Source of the DNA: Sphingomonadales bacterium
Lineage (GTDB): Bacteria; Pseudomonadota; Alphaproteobacteria; Sphingomonadales; Sphingomonadaceae
Direction: 5' to 3'
DNA: 46,654 nucleotides
NCBI GenBank assembly: GCA_025360285.1
Contig: JANYCM010000266.1
Location: 1-46,654, forward strand
Shown: in pieces, positions 8,240 to 15,904 of the stretch
How positions within the stretch are numbered: the stretch's first letter is position 1
How the letters are laid out: every line of letters begins with the position of its first letter
Notes under the pieces: model-generated
Seen by the model: only the letters and a program-made list of their open reading frames with translations
Told to the model about the DNA's origin: nothing
Databases searched by the model: none
Position numbers and translations under genes: made by a program

Positions 8240-9325
8240 ATGTATTCCAGCCTCGCCCGCGTCCTGTTCGCCGGAGGGTTCGCCATGGTCGCCGCAATCG
8301 CCAGTGGTTCGCCCCTGCCACCATCGCCGCGCGCCGGGCCGCCCCCTGAAGCGCCGATCGTCATCGCCCACCGCGGCGCCAGTGCCGATCGCCCCGAACA
8401 CACGCTCGCCAGCTATGAACGTGCCATCGAAAAGGGTGCCGATTTCATCGAGCCCGATCTGGTATCAACCAAGGACCATCACCTCGTCGCCCGCCACGAG
8501 AATGAGATTTCCGGCACCACCGATGTTGCCGCCCACCCGGAATTCGCCGCGCGCAAGGCGACAAAGACCATCGACGGCGAGGTGATGACCGGCTGGTTCA
8601 CCGAAGATTTCACCCTTGCCGAACTGCAAACCCTGCGCGCCCGCGAACGCCTGCCGCAACTGCGCCCGGCCAACGCCAAATTCGATGGTCAGTTCGCCAT
8701 CCCGACGTTTGACGAGATCATCGCCCTGGCCAAGGCCGCCAGCGCCCGCACCGGTCGCACCATCGGCATCTACCCCGAAACCAAGCACCCGAGTTATTTC
8801 CGCGCTGCCGGCCTGCCGCTGGAACCGCTGCTGCTCGCGGCGCTGGCCAGGGCGGGCTGGACCAGGGCGACTTCGCCGGTGTTCATTCAGTCGTTCGAGG
8901 CGGGCAATTTGCGCGCTCTCCACGCCCAGACCGGCGTCCGCCTGATCCAGCTGATCGGCGACGGCACCTCGGCCGATGGTGTGTCCTATGATGCCATGGT
9001 GACGCCCGCCGGGCTGAAGGCCATCGCCGCTTATGCCAGCGGTATCGGCCCGGCCAAGGACCGCATCATCCCGCGCGACGCCACCGGGCACCTGGCCGCG
9101 CCGACCCGCCTTGTCGCCGATGCCCATGCCGCCGGCTTGCAAGTCCACCCCTGGACCTTCCGGCCGGAAAATTACTTCCTGCCCGCCGAATTCCGCAAAG
9201 GCGCCGACCCTCAGGCGCGCGGCGACGCTGCCGGCGAAATCCGGGTGTTCCTGGAAGCGGGCATCGATGGTGCGTTCAGCGACCTGCCGGCCGCCACGGT
9301 CGAGGCCATGGCACCGCCGAAATAG
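8240..9325 (+). CDS. Glycerophosphodiester phosphodiesterase (GlpQ-like, exported)
   Basis: VIAHRGASADRPEHT, IEPDLV.TKD, PETKHP, FIQSFE and VHPWT motifs; N-terminal signal peptide. Confidence 0.92.
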   Translation: MYSSLARVLFAGGFAMVAAIASGSPLPPSPRAGPPPEAPIVIAHRGASADRPEHTLASYERAIEKGADFIEPDLVSTKDHHLVARHENEISGTTDVAAHPEFAARKATKTIDGEVMTGWFTEDFTLAELQTLRARERLPQLRPANAKFDGQFAIPTFDEIIALAKAASARTGRTIGIYPETKHPSYFRAAGLPLEPLLLAALARAGWTRATSPVFIQSFEAGNLRALHAQTGVRLIQLIGDGTSADGVSYDAMVTPAGLKAIAAYASGIGPAKDRIIPRDATGHLAAPTRLVADAHAAGLQVHPWTFRPENYFLPAEFRKGADPQARGDAAGEIRVFLEAGIDGAFSDLPAATVEAMAPPK

Positions 9326-9331
9326 TGCATT

Positions 9332-9772
9332 TCACCGCTCCGGATAATCCAGCAGCATGTTGAGGTTGGCCGCCGCAACCGGGCGGCCGCGGTCATATTG
9401 CCAGGCGCGGCTGGCGACATTGACGATGCGGCGGCCCATGCGGGTGATCTCGGCAGCGGCGAAGGTTTCGGTCGGCGTGCCCTCGCGCATGAAATCCACC
9501 GTCACCGTCACCGGCCGGATGCGGGGCAGGCGGTCGGCATCGGGCAGCGCGACAATCACGGCGGCCAGCCCGGCGATCTCCAGCAACCCGGCCAGCGCCC
9601 CGCCATGCAGCCGGCCCGGTGCCCCGACCAGGCCGGGGGCGAAGGGCATGATCAGCTTCACCTCGCTGTCATCCTGTTCAAACCGCAGATCGAGCATCGC
9701 CGCATAGGGCAGCATGTCGAGCCGCCCGAAGCGCTGCCCGCGCAACGCATCGGCGAGTGCCAGGCTGGTCAT
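9332..9772 (-). CDS. PaaI-family hotdog thioesterase
   Basis: LHGGALAGLLE motif; TVDFMR; RMGRRIVNV. Confidence 0.85.
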   Translation of the reverse strand: MTSLALADALRGQRFGRLDMLPYAAMLDLRFEQDDSEVKLIMPFAPGLVGAPGRLHGGALAGLLEIAGLAAVIVALPDADRLPRIRPVTVTVDFMREGTPTETFAAAEITRMGRRIVNVASRAWQYDRGRPVAAANLNMLLDYPER

Positions 9773-10221
9773 CGCCCCACCGCCGGCGTCCTGGTGAACA
9801 TGAAGGTCCCGGCCATGTTGGCGATCGGATCCCCGGTGTCGCCATCATGCGCTTGGCCGCGAACAAAGGCGACTTCGCGGGCGCGGCGATAGCATTGCCC
9901 ACGCCCGATGATCGTCGCCCCCGGCTTTGGCGCGCGCAGATAATCCACCCGCAGATCAAGCGTCGCGCACGGCACCGGCGCGCGCGAGGTGATCATCACC
10001 GAAAAACCCGCCGCCGAATCCATCAGGGTGAAAATCGCCCCCGATGCGATGATGCCATAATCGGGGTCGGCAAGCTGTTGCGGGGCAAAAGGCATGGCCA
10101 GTTCGGCCCAATCACTGCCATGGCCGTGATAGGCGATGCCCAGCACTTTTACATGCGCCACATCGGTCAGAAAATGCTGGATGATCGCCGCCGTCGCGGC
10201 ATCGGGGGGTGCCTGGGTCAT
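9769..10221 (-). CDS. PaaI-family hotdog thioesterase
   Basis: GIIASGAIFTLMDSAAG, ATLDLRVDYLR, GTFM; 4-bp overlaps with both neighbours. Confidence 0.85.
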   Translation of the reverse strand: MTQAPPDAATAAIIQHFLTDVAHVKVLGIAYHGHGSDWAELAMPFAPQQLADPDYGIIASGAIFTLMDSAAGFSVMITSRAPVPCATLDLRVDYLRAPKPGATIIGRGQCYRRAREVAFVRGQAHDGDTGDPIANMAGTFMFTRTPAVGR

Positions 10222-10628
10222 GCCGCCGCTTTCGCCAGATCGCCGATGCGCGCCACCATCGATGCCAGCCCCTGGGTGCGGTTCGATGACAGATGCTTGG
10301 CCAGCCCCAGCCCGTCGAGCCGGGCGCGGATGGCGGCTGGGTCAATTGCCGCCGGCGGCTGGCCATCGACGATCAGCAGCACCAGCGCCACCAGGCCCTT
10401 GACGATCGCGGCATCGCTGTCGGCGCTGAAATGCAGCCGGCCGTCTTCGAAACGCGGGTATAGCCAGACTTTCGAGGCACAGCCGCGAACTCTTGTGGCA
10501 TCGGTCTTCAGCGCGGCGGGCATCGCCGGCAAGGCGCGGCCCAGATCGATCAGCAGACGGTAACGATCGTCCCAATCGTCAAGCGCTTCAAATTCGGCTT
10601 CGACATCGTCAAACTGGCTGATCGGCAT
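10218..10628 (-). CDS. sufE: SufE-family Fe-S cluster sulfur acceptor
   Basis: WDDRYRLLIDLG, RVRGCASKVWL (catalytic Cys), DSDAAIVKGL, LSSNRTQGL; start at ATG 10628. Confidence 0.9.
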   Translation of the reverse strand: MPISQFDDVEAEFEALDDWDDRYRLLIDLGRALPAMPAALKTDATRVRGCASKVWLYPRFEDGRLHFSADSDAAIVKGLVALVLLIVDGQPPAAIDPAAIRARLDGLGLAKHLSSNRTQGLASMVARIGDLAKAAA

Positions 10629-10685
10629 GGTCGGCGGTGTGCGCGGGCCGGGGCCGGGGGTCAATCCCTGGAAACAGATGGATTC

Positions 10686-10828
10686 TTCCTCTCTCGCTTG
10701 CGTGAGAGGCGACTCGCGCCCCAGTGCGGCGGGTGAGGGTGTTCCCAAGTGCCGGCGCAAGAGAACACCCTCACCCCGGGCCGGCGCAAGGGCGCCGTCT
10801 CTCGCCTCTCCCGCAAGCGGGAGAGGGA
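10686..10828. repeat. Palindromic intergenic repeat element, copy 1 (~143 bp; CIR/RPE/RIME-like)
   Basis: Terminal arms TTCCTCTCTCGCTTGCGTGAGAGG ... CCTCTCCCGCAAGCGGGAGAGGGA; inner inverted repeat GGGTGAGGGTGTT...AACACCCTCACCC; GACTC at 10711. Confidence 0.85.
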
Positions 10829-10835
10829 TTTTAAC

Positions 10836-11069
10836 TTAAAAATCCACGCCTGCGGCGATCGCTTCCAGCTTGCGGATACGTTCCTTCAGGTCGGCGAGGT
10901 CGATGCGCTGGCCGATGGCGGGCAGGTCGCCGCTGTGGCGGTGGCCATCCATTTCATGCTGGCGCAGGCGCAGCCAGCCGGCCCAGGCCCAGGCGGACAA
11001 CCCGCCGACAAGGGCAAGGCCAGCCAGGCTGGCGGTGCTGAGGACGAGCAGGGATTCAACGGGGGGCAT
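10836..11069 (-). CDS. Psp-array protein 6 (type C): single TM + coiled coil
   Basis: 77 aa; TM segment, then WLRLRQHEMD and DLKERIRKLEAIA; AAGGAGG RBS. Confidence 0.75.
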   Translation of the reverse strand: MPPVESLLVLSTASLAGLALVGGLSAWAWAGWLRLRQHEMDGHRHSGDLPAIGQRIDLADLKERIRKLEAIAAGVDF

Positions 11070-11119
11070 GTTGATCCTCCTTGGGACCCAGGGTTGCGGG
11101 GGCGGTCATTTGTCGTGTT

Positions 11120-11380
11120 TCATTTGTCGTGCTTCAGGGCGTCAATCTCGTCCGACAGCCGTCGGGCGGGATCGGTGGCGAGGCGTTCGAGCACCTGGAT
11201 ACGGTCGTTCAGCCGGGTGACTTCGCTGCGCAACCGCGTGGCTTCGGCGGCGCTGACGCCGTCATCGGGGGTATCGGCCAGACCCTGCAGGCGGCGGCGC
11301 TTGCTGCCATAACGCCCCGATGCAACACGGCCGATGGTGACGATCAGCACGATCAGCACGGTCATTTCAAACGGGTTCAT
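11120..11380 (-). CDS. Psp-array protein 5 (type B): single TM + PspB/PspC-like C-terminal coiled coil
   Basis: 86 aa; LIVLIVTIGR, then RLNDRIQVLERLATDPARRLSDEIDALK. Confidence 0.78.
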   Translation of the reverse strand: MNPFEMTVLIVLIVTIGRVASGRYGSKRRRLQGLADTPDDGVSAAEATRLRSEVTRLNDRIQVLERLATDPARRLSDEIDALKHDK

Positions 11381-11417
11381 TGCTACTCTCGCAAATGGGG
11401 TTGGCCGGCACGCCGGT

Positions 11418-11744
11418 TCAGTTGATCGCCTTGGTCGCCAGCCCGTCGATTTCGGCGGCCAGCCGTGATCCGCGATCGGTGGCGATGCGTTCCAGCACCT
11501 CCAGCCGGTCTTTCACACTGCCCAGCTCGGCGCGCAGCTGGGCATTTTCGCCGGCCAGCAGCTTCACGCGTTCCACAGTTTCGCCGCCGCCGTGTGGCAG
11601 CATCGGCTTGCCCCAGCTGTTTTCCAGCGGATAGCCGTGGCGGACGCGCAGCCAGGTGGTGACCACCCAGCCGCCGATCGACACCAGGGTGACGCCGAAG
11701 ATGGCGACGGCGACATTGGTGATGGTGGCGGGATCGAAGGGCAT
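11418..11744 (-). CDS. Psp-array protein 4 (type A): single TM + HGYP motif + coiled coil
   Basis: 108 aa; WVVTTWLRVRHGYPLENSWGK, then KDRLEVLERIATDRGSRLAAEIDGL; AAGGA RBS. Confidence 0.8.
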   Translation of the reverse strand: MPFDPATITNVAVAIFGVTLVSIGGWVVTTWLRVRHGYPLENSWGKPMLPHGGGETVERVKLLAGENAQLRAELGSVKDRLEVLERIATDRGSRLAAEIDGLATKAIN

Positions 11745-11754
11745 GATCAGTCCT

Positions 11755-12048
11755 TCAGTTCAAGTTGCCGGGCGCGGCGGGCGTATCGCGCAGGCTTTCG
11801 ATCTGCGCTGTCAGCCCCTCGTTGCGGTCGGTGACGATGCGGTTGAGCACGGCGACACGTTCTTCCAGCACGCTGATCTTGGCGGCATATTGCGCAGCCT
11901 GTTCGCCGGCGGTGCGTGCCGTCAATTCCAGCTGCTTTTCCTTCAGATCGGCCCAGCGCTTGAAGATGCCGCTGCCGATGCCGCCGACAATGGCGACGAT
12001 GGGGATCGAAACGCCGACCAGCGGCAACAGGATTTCGGAGATGGCCAT
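11755..12048 (-). CDS. Psp-array protein 3 (type C): single TM + coiled coil
   Basis: 97 aa; TM segment, then RWADLKEKQLE and LEERVAVLNRIVTDRNEGLTAQIESLR. Confidence 0.8.
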   Translation of the reverse strand: MAISEILLPLVGVSIPIVAIVGGIGSGIFKRWADLKEKQLELTARTAGEQAAQYAAKISVLEERVAVLNRIVTDRNEGLTAQIESLRDTPAAPGNLN

Positions 12049-12068
12049 GATGTCTTCCCTTCGGCGGA

Positions 12069-12368
12069 TCAGTTGCGCAATTCGTCGATCTGGGCGGACA
12101 GCCGGCTGGGGGCATCGGTAACGATGCGTTCCAGTACCCCCATGCGATCCTCCAGCCGACTGACCTTGCCGCGCAATTGTTCATTCTCATTGGCCAGTGC
12201 CAAATTCTGCCGGGCGATTTCACCGGTGATTTCGCCGCTCTCGCCGCGTCGCGGCCGGCCGCGGCGGTCCAGCGGATAGCCATAATGGGCGCTGATGGCG
12301 GTGCGCACGATGCGTCCGAGCGTGACCATGGCGACGATGGCGAGGATGAAGATCATTCCGTGCGACAT
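12069..12368 (-). CDS. Psp-array protein 2 (type B): single TM + coiled coil
   Basis: 99 aa; AIVAMVTLGR, HYGYPLD, then LRGKVSRLEDRMGVLERIVTDAPSRLSAQIDELR. Confidence 0.8.
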   Translation of the reverse strand: MSHGMIFILAIVAMVTLGRIVRTAISAHYGYPLDRRGRPRRGESGEITGEIARQNLALANENEQLRGKVSRLEDRMGVLERIVTDAPSRLSAQIDELRN

Positions 12369-12425
12369 GACAGTCGGGCTCCGATTGGCGGCGCGTCGGC
12401 GCCGCGGGCTATGGGTGGCGGCGTC

Positions 12426-12719
12426 TCAGCGCAGTTCGTCGATCTGGTTGCCAAGCCGGGCCGGCGCGTCGGTGACGATGCGTTCCAGGACGCTCGTCCG
12501 CTCCTCCAGCCGGCCGACCTTGCCGCGCAGCATCGCGTTCTCGCGTTCCAGCAGCTCGTTCTGGCGCCGCAGGTCAAGATCGCCGTCCTTGCTGATGGTC
12601 TTTCCCCATTCGTTTTCAATGGGGTAGCCGTGCCTGGCGCGAATGGCTGTCGTGACGATCCAGGCGATGAAGCTCATCGCGATGATGCTGAGGACGAAAT
12701 TTGGTCCGCCGAATTCCAT
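12426..12719 (-). CDS. Psp-array protein 1 (type A): single TM + HGYP motif + coiled coil
   Basis: 97 aa; WIVTTAIRARHGYPIENEWGK, then LRGKVGRLEERTSVLERIVTDAPARLGNQIDELR; GGGGGAG RBS. Confidence 0.8.
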   Translation of the reverse strand: MEFGGPNFVLSIIAMSFIAWIVTTAIRARHGYPIENEWGKTISKDGDLDLRRQNELLERENAMLRGKVGRLEERTSVLERIVTDAPARLGNQIDELR

Positions 12720-12744
12720 GGCTGGTCTCCCCCTGTGCCGGCGT

Positions 12745-13125
12745 TCAGCGCAGCTTGTCGATTTCGCTGGCGAGGCGGCTGTTCGATGATGTCACATAGG
12801 CTTCGATATCGCGCAGCCGGCGGTCCGATTCGCGGAACGAGGCATGGACATCGCGCACCGTGCGCTGCGGCGCCACCCGGACCTTGGTCCAGAACTGCCG
12901 CACATCGTCGCTTTCATTATACAGCATCGAAGGCTTGGGGTCGGCGATCCAGCCGATGGCGAGATAGACGATGGGCAGCCAGCCCGCCGACATCAGCGTC
13001 GCCGCAGTGAAGGCAACGCGGACCCAGACCGCATCCCAGCCGAAATAATCGGCAATGCCGGCGCAAACCCCCATGAAGCGCTTGTTGCGCTTGTCGAGGT
13101 AGAAACGCGTGCGACGAACGCTCAT
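12745..13125 (-). CDS. pspC: Phage shock protein C
   Basis: FYLDKRNKRFMGVCAGIADYFG (PspC domain) and C-terminal RRLRDIEAYVTS..RLASEIDKLR. Confidence 0.9.
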   Translation of the reverse strand: MSVRRTRFYLDKRNKRFMGVCAGIADYFGWDAVWVRVAFTAATLMSAGWLPIVYLAIGWIADPKPSMLYNESDDVRQFWTKVRVAPQRTVRDVHASFRESDRRLRDIEAYVTSSNSRLASEIDKLR

Positions 13126-13191
13126 TGTACATGTCCCTGTTGTGCGGACCGGCCGGTGCCCGGCGCCCCCGCGATGTTGCGCTGTTGGCGG

Positions 13192-13380
13192 TCAATTATT
13201 GGCGACGAGCCCGATGATCAGATAGATGAGGACCGGCGATCCGAAGCCCAGGATGGCGGCGGCGACAAAGCCGACGCGCAGCCAGACGGTTTCGATGCCG
13301 GTGTAGTTGGCGAGGCCGGCGCAAACGCCCATGATCTTGCCATTGTCCTTGTCGAGGCGGAACGGTGCGTTCATTGCCAT
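13192..13380 (-). CDS. Short PspC-domain-only protein (62 aa)
   Basis: FRLDKDNGKIMGVCAGLANYTG PspC domain plus TM segment; ends with no cytoplasmic tail; AAGGACAGGA RBS. Confidence 0.85.
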   Translation of the reverse strand: MAMNAPFRLDKDNGKIMGVCAGLANYTGIETVWLRVGFVAAAILGFGSPVLIYLIIGLVANN

Positions 13381-13409
13381 GATCCTGTCCTTTGCGTGTG
13401 GATGCGGGT

Positions 13410-13682
13410 TCAGCGCAGTTCCTTGCGAACCCCGGCGGCGTCGGCCAGCCGGCCATCTTTCCAGTTGGGATTGTCGGCGGCGATGATCCGTTCGACCGAA
13501 TCGAGCCGCGCATCGAGCCGGCGGGCCATTTCGTGCAGATCGTCGAGCAGCATCTCGTCCTGCTGGCTGATGCCGCGGCCGGATTTCCAGCGCGTCAGAT
13601 AGTGCAGGACCAGCCAGGGCAGGCCGATGAACAGCAAGCCGATGACGGAGAAGACCAGCACGACGATGGCGAAATCATTCAT
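13410..13682 (-). CDS. pspB: Phage shock protein B
   Basis: LFIGLPWLVLHYLTRWK and RLDSVERIIAADNPNWK, the PspB signature; follows pspA. Confidence 0.9.
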   Translation of the reverse strand: MNDFAIVVLVFSVIGLLFIGLPWLVLHYLTRWKSGRGISQQDEMLLDDLHEMARRLDARLDSVERIIAADNPNWKDGRLADAAGVRKELR

Positions 13683-13687
13683 GCCGA

Positions 13688-14362
13688 TCAGCCTTCCGTC
13701 TTCGACGCCAGCCGCGCCTTCAGCGCCGCCAGTTCGGCCGAAATTTCATCCTGCGCCGTCAGATCGGCAAATTCATCGGCCAGGCTGCGCGGCGCCCCGC
13801 CCAGCGACAGCGCGTCGGCGCGGCCTTCGGCCAGATCGGCGCGGCGTTCCATGATCTCGAAACGCGCAAAGGCTTCATCGACGCGCGGCCCCTTGGTCAT
13901 CTCGATCATCCGCGAACGCTGAGTGGCGCTCTCGATGCGGTTGAGCAGGCTGTTCTGCCGCGTCCGGGCTTCGCGCAACTTGCCTTCCAGCTTGTGGATA
14001 TCGGCTTCGTTGAGCATCAGCCCGGCATCGAGCGCTTCGACTTCGGCCCGGGTCTGATCGACAAAGGCCTTGGCCTTGCCCTTTTCCACCAGCGCCGCCT
14101 TGGCCAGATCCTCACGGCCCTTCGACAGCGCCAGCTCGGCCTTTTCGGCCCAGCTTGCCTGGGCGGCCTCGGCGCGGGCAATGGCGCGGCGCATTTCCTT
14201 CTGGTCGGCAATGGTGCGCGCGGCACTCGCCCGCACTTCCACCAGGGTTTCTTCCATCTCCATGATGATCATCCGGATCATCTTGGCCGGGTCCTCGGCG
14301 CGATCCAGCAGATCGGTCACGTTGGCGGCGATGATGTCGCGGGTGCGGGAGAAGATGCCCAT
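13688..14362 (-). CDS. pspA: Phage shock protein A
   Basis: MGIFSRTRDIIAANVTDLLDRAEDPAKMIRMIIMEMEETLVEVR..., AELALSKGREDLAKAAL; GGAG RBS before ATG 14362. Confidence 0.95.
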   Translation of the reverse strand: MGIFSRTRDIIAANVTDLLDRAEDPAKMIRMIIMEMEETLVEVRASAARTIADQKEMRRAIARAEAAQASWAEKAELALSKGREDLAKAALVEKGKAKAFVDQTRAEVEALDAGLMLNEADIHKLEGKLREARTRQNSLLNRIESATQRSRMIEMTKGPRVDEAFARFEIMERRADLAEGRADALSLGGAPRSLADEFADLTAQDEISAELAALKARLASKTEG

Positions 14363-14391
14363 GGTGATGTTGCTCCAGTTCAAATCAGGGG

Positions 14392-14447
14392 GGCCGGAGG
14401 GCGAGGGGAAAGGGGAGGGGGAAACCCTTTCGATCGGCCCTCCGGCC
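14392..14447 (-). other. Long hairpin with a C-rich loop in the small-ORF/pspA intergenic region
   Basis: 11-bp perfect outer inverted repeat (14392-14402 / 14437-14447). On the transcript an inner GAAAGGG/CCCUUUC stem closes the loop UUUCCCCCUC. Confidence 0.6.
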
Positions 14448-14462
14448 ATCGTCACAAGGCTG

Positions 14463-14627
14463 TTAGCCACGGACGATATTCGATTCGGCGACAAAGTTCA
14501 CGCCGTGAATTTGGGTCGCCGCGACGGCCGGGCCGGCGGCGGCAACGATGAAGGTGGAACCGATCAGCAGCGCGGCAACCAGGCCGGTCAGGGTGCGCAG
14601 CGTGTCGTTCGAAAAAAGCTTGGTCAT
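14463..14627 (-). CDS. Small signal-peptide-like protein (54 aa), first gene of the psp operon
   Basis: MTKLFSNDTLRTLTGLVAALLIGSTFIVAAAGPAVAATQIHG...; strong AGGAG RBS; lies between the sigma54 promoter and pspA. Confidence 0.7.
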   Translation of the reverse strand: MTKLFSNDTLRTLTGLVAALLIGSTFIVAAAGPAVAATQIHGVNFVAESNIVRG

Positions 14628-14685
14628 GATAATCTCCTGTTGGTTGGTGTGAAGCGACCCGGAAGGCCGCCCATGCCAAAGGTAT

Positions 14686-14702
14686 TGCATAGGTCGTGCC
14701 AA
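14686..14702 (-). promoter_or_regulatory. Sigma54 (-24/-12) promoter of the psp operon
   Basis: Minus strand TTGGCACGACCTATGCA gives GG-N10-GC; divergent from the PspF enhancer-binding protein gene. Confidence 0.85.
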
Positions 14703-14755
14703 CTGGGGCTGGCGCACTAACTCTTTGAAATTACACGGTCGGATCGGTTACCCAA

Positions 14756-14802
14756 GGATTTTTCGCCATGAACCCTTGCTGAACATTGGGAAATTGCACT
14801 AA
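14756..14802. promoter_or_regulatory. Candidate PspF upstream activating sequences
   Basis: GGATTTTTCGCCA and the imperfect palindrome TTGGGAAATTGCACTAA lie 55-100 bp upstream of the sigma54 site and overlap the pspF 5' region. Similarity to enterobacterial PspF sites is from memory only. Confidence 0.3.
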
Positions 14803-14811
14803 CTTGCAGGA

Positions 14812-15882
14812 ATGATCACGCCGGCCGCCCTGATTGGTTCGTCATCGATCTTCCTCGATGCCGTCGAACGTGCCTCGGCGGCGGCGGCGCTCAGCCGCCC
14901 GGTGCTCGTTATCGGCGAACGCGGCACCGGCAAGGAACTGATCGCCGAACGCCTGCACCGCCTGTCCCCGCGCTGGGGCGGGCCTTTGGTGTCGCTCAAC
15001 TGCGCGGCGCTGCCCGAAAACCTCATCGATGCCGAATTATTCGGTTATGAAGCCGGCGCCTTTACCGGCGCCAACCGGGCACGCGCCGGGCGGTTCGAAG
15101 ATGCCGATGGCGGCACGCTGTTCCTCGATGAAATCGCCACCCTGTCGGCTGCCGCCCAGGAACGCCTGCTCCGCGTCGTCGAATATGGCGAACTGACGCG
15201 CATCGGTTCGAACCGCGCGCTGAAGGTCGATGTCCGACTGGTGGGGGCCACCAATGAGGATCTGCCGTCGCTGGTGGAACAAGGCCGCTTCCGCGCCGAT
15301 CTGCTCGATCGCCTGTCCTTCGAAGTCGTCACTTTGCCGCCTTTGCGTGAACGCGCCGAGGATATCGAGGTGCTCGCCATGCATTTCGCCCGGCGCATGG
15401 CGGCGGAACTCGGCTGGCCGCGCTTTCCCGGTTTCACTGCGGCGGCGACGCAATTGCTCGATGCGCATCCCTGGCCCGGCAATGTCCGCGAATTGAAGAA
15501 TGTCATCGAACGATCGCTATATCGCTGGGGCGATCATGCGGCGCCGATCGGCAAAATCATCGTCGATCCCTTTGAATCCCCGTGGCGCCCGGCAAATCTC
15601 CCCAGCTCACGCCCCGCAACGCCCCGTTTGACGCCCCCTGACCGCCCGCAAATCGACCCGGTTTCGGAGGCAAATGCCCTGCCAGCCCCGGCGCTTTCAG
15701 GCGTCAGTGACTTCCGGGCCGCCGTGCTGGCCTATGAACGCGACATATTGCTGGCGGCGCTCGACCGCTGCCGCCACAACCAGCGCCGCACCGCCGCCGC
15801 CCTGGCACTGACCTATGATCAACTGCGGCACGCGCTGAAACGCCACAATATGCTGACGGTGGAAGAGGCGGAGAAAGGTTAA
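14812..15882 (+). CDS. pspF: Sigma54 enhancer-binding protein PspF
   Basis: No N-terminal regulatory domain; GERGTGKE, GAFTGA, LFLDEI, WPGNVRELKN; C-terminal HTH (NQRRTAAALALTYDQLRH). Confidence 0.93.
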   Translation: MITPAALIGSSSIFLDAVERASAAAALSRPVLVIGERGTGKELIAERLHRLSPRWGGPLVSLNCAALPENLIDAELFGYEAGAFTGANRARAGRFEDADGGTLFLDEIATLSAAAQERLLRVVEYGELTRIGSNRALKVDVRLVGATNEDLPSLVEQGRFRADLLDRLSFEVVTLPPLRERAEDIEVLAMHFARRMAAELGWPRFPGFTAAATQLLDAHPWPGNVRELKNVIERSLYRWGDHAAPIGKIIVDPFESPWRPANLPSSRPATPRLTPPDRPQIDPVSEANALPAPALSGVSDFRAAVLAYERDILLAALDRCRHNQRRTAAALALTYDQLRHALKRHNMLTVEEAEKG

Positions 15883-15904
15883 GGCACTGGTCTTTGGGGG
15901 CATT

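Noticed and set aside
10629-10760. N-terminal extension of SufE in the ORF track
   Set aside because: It runs into the palindromic repeat; family similarity starts at MPISQF (ATG 10628).
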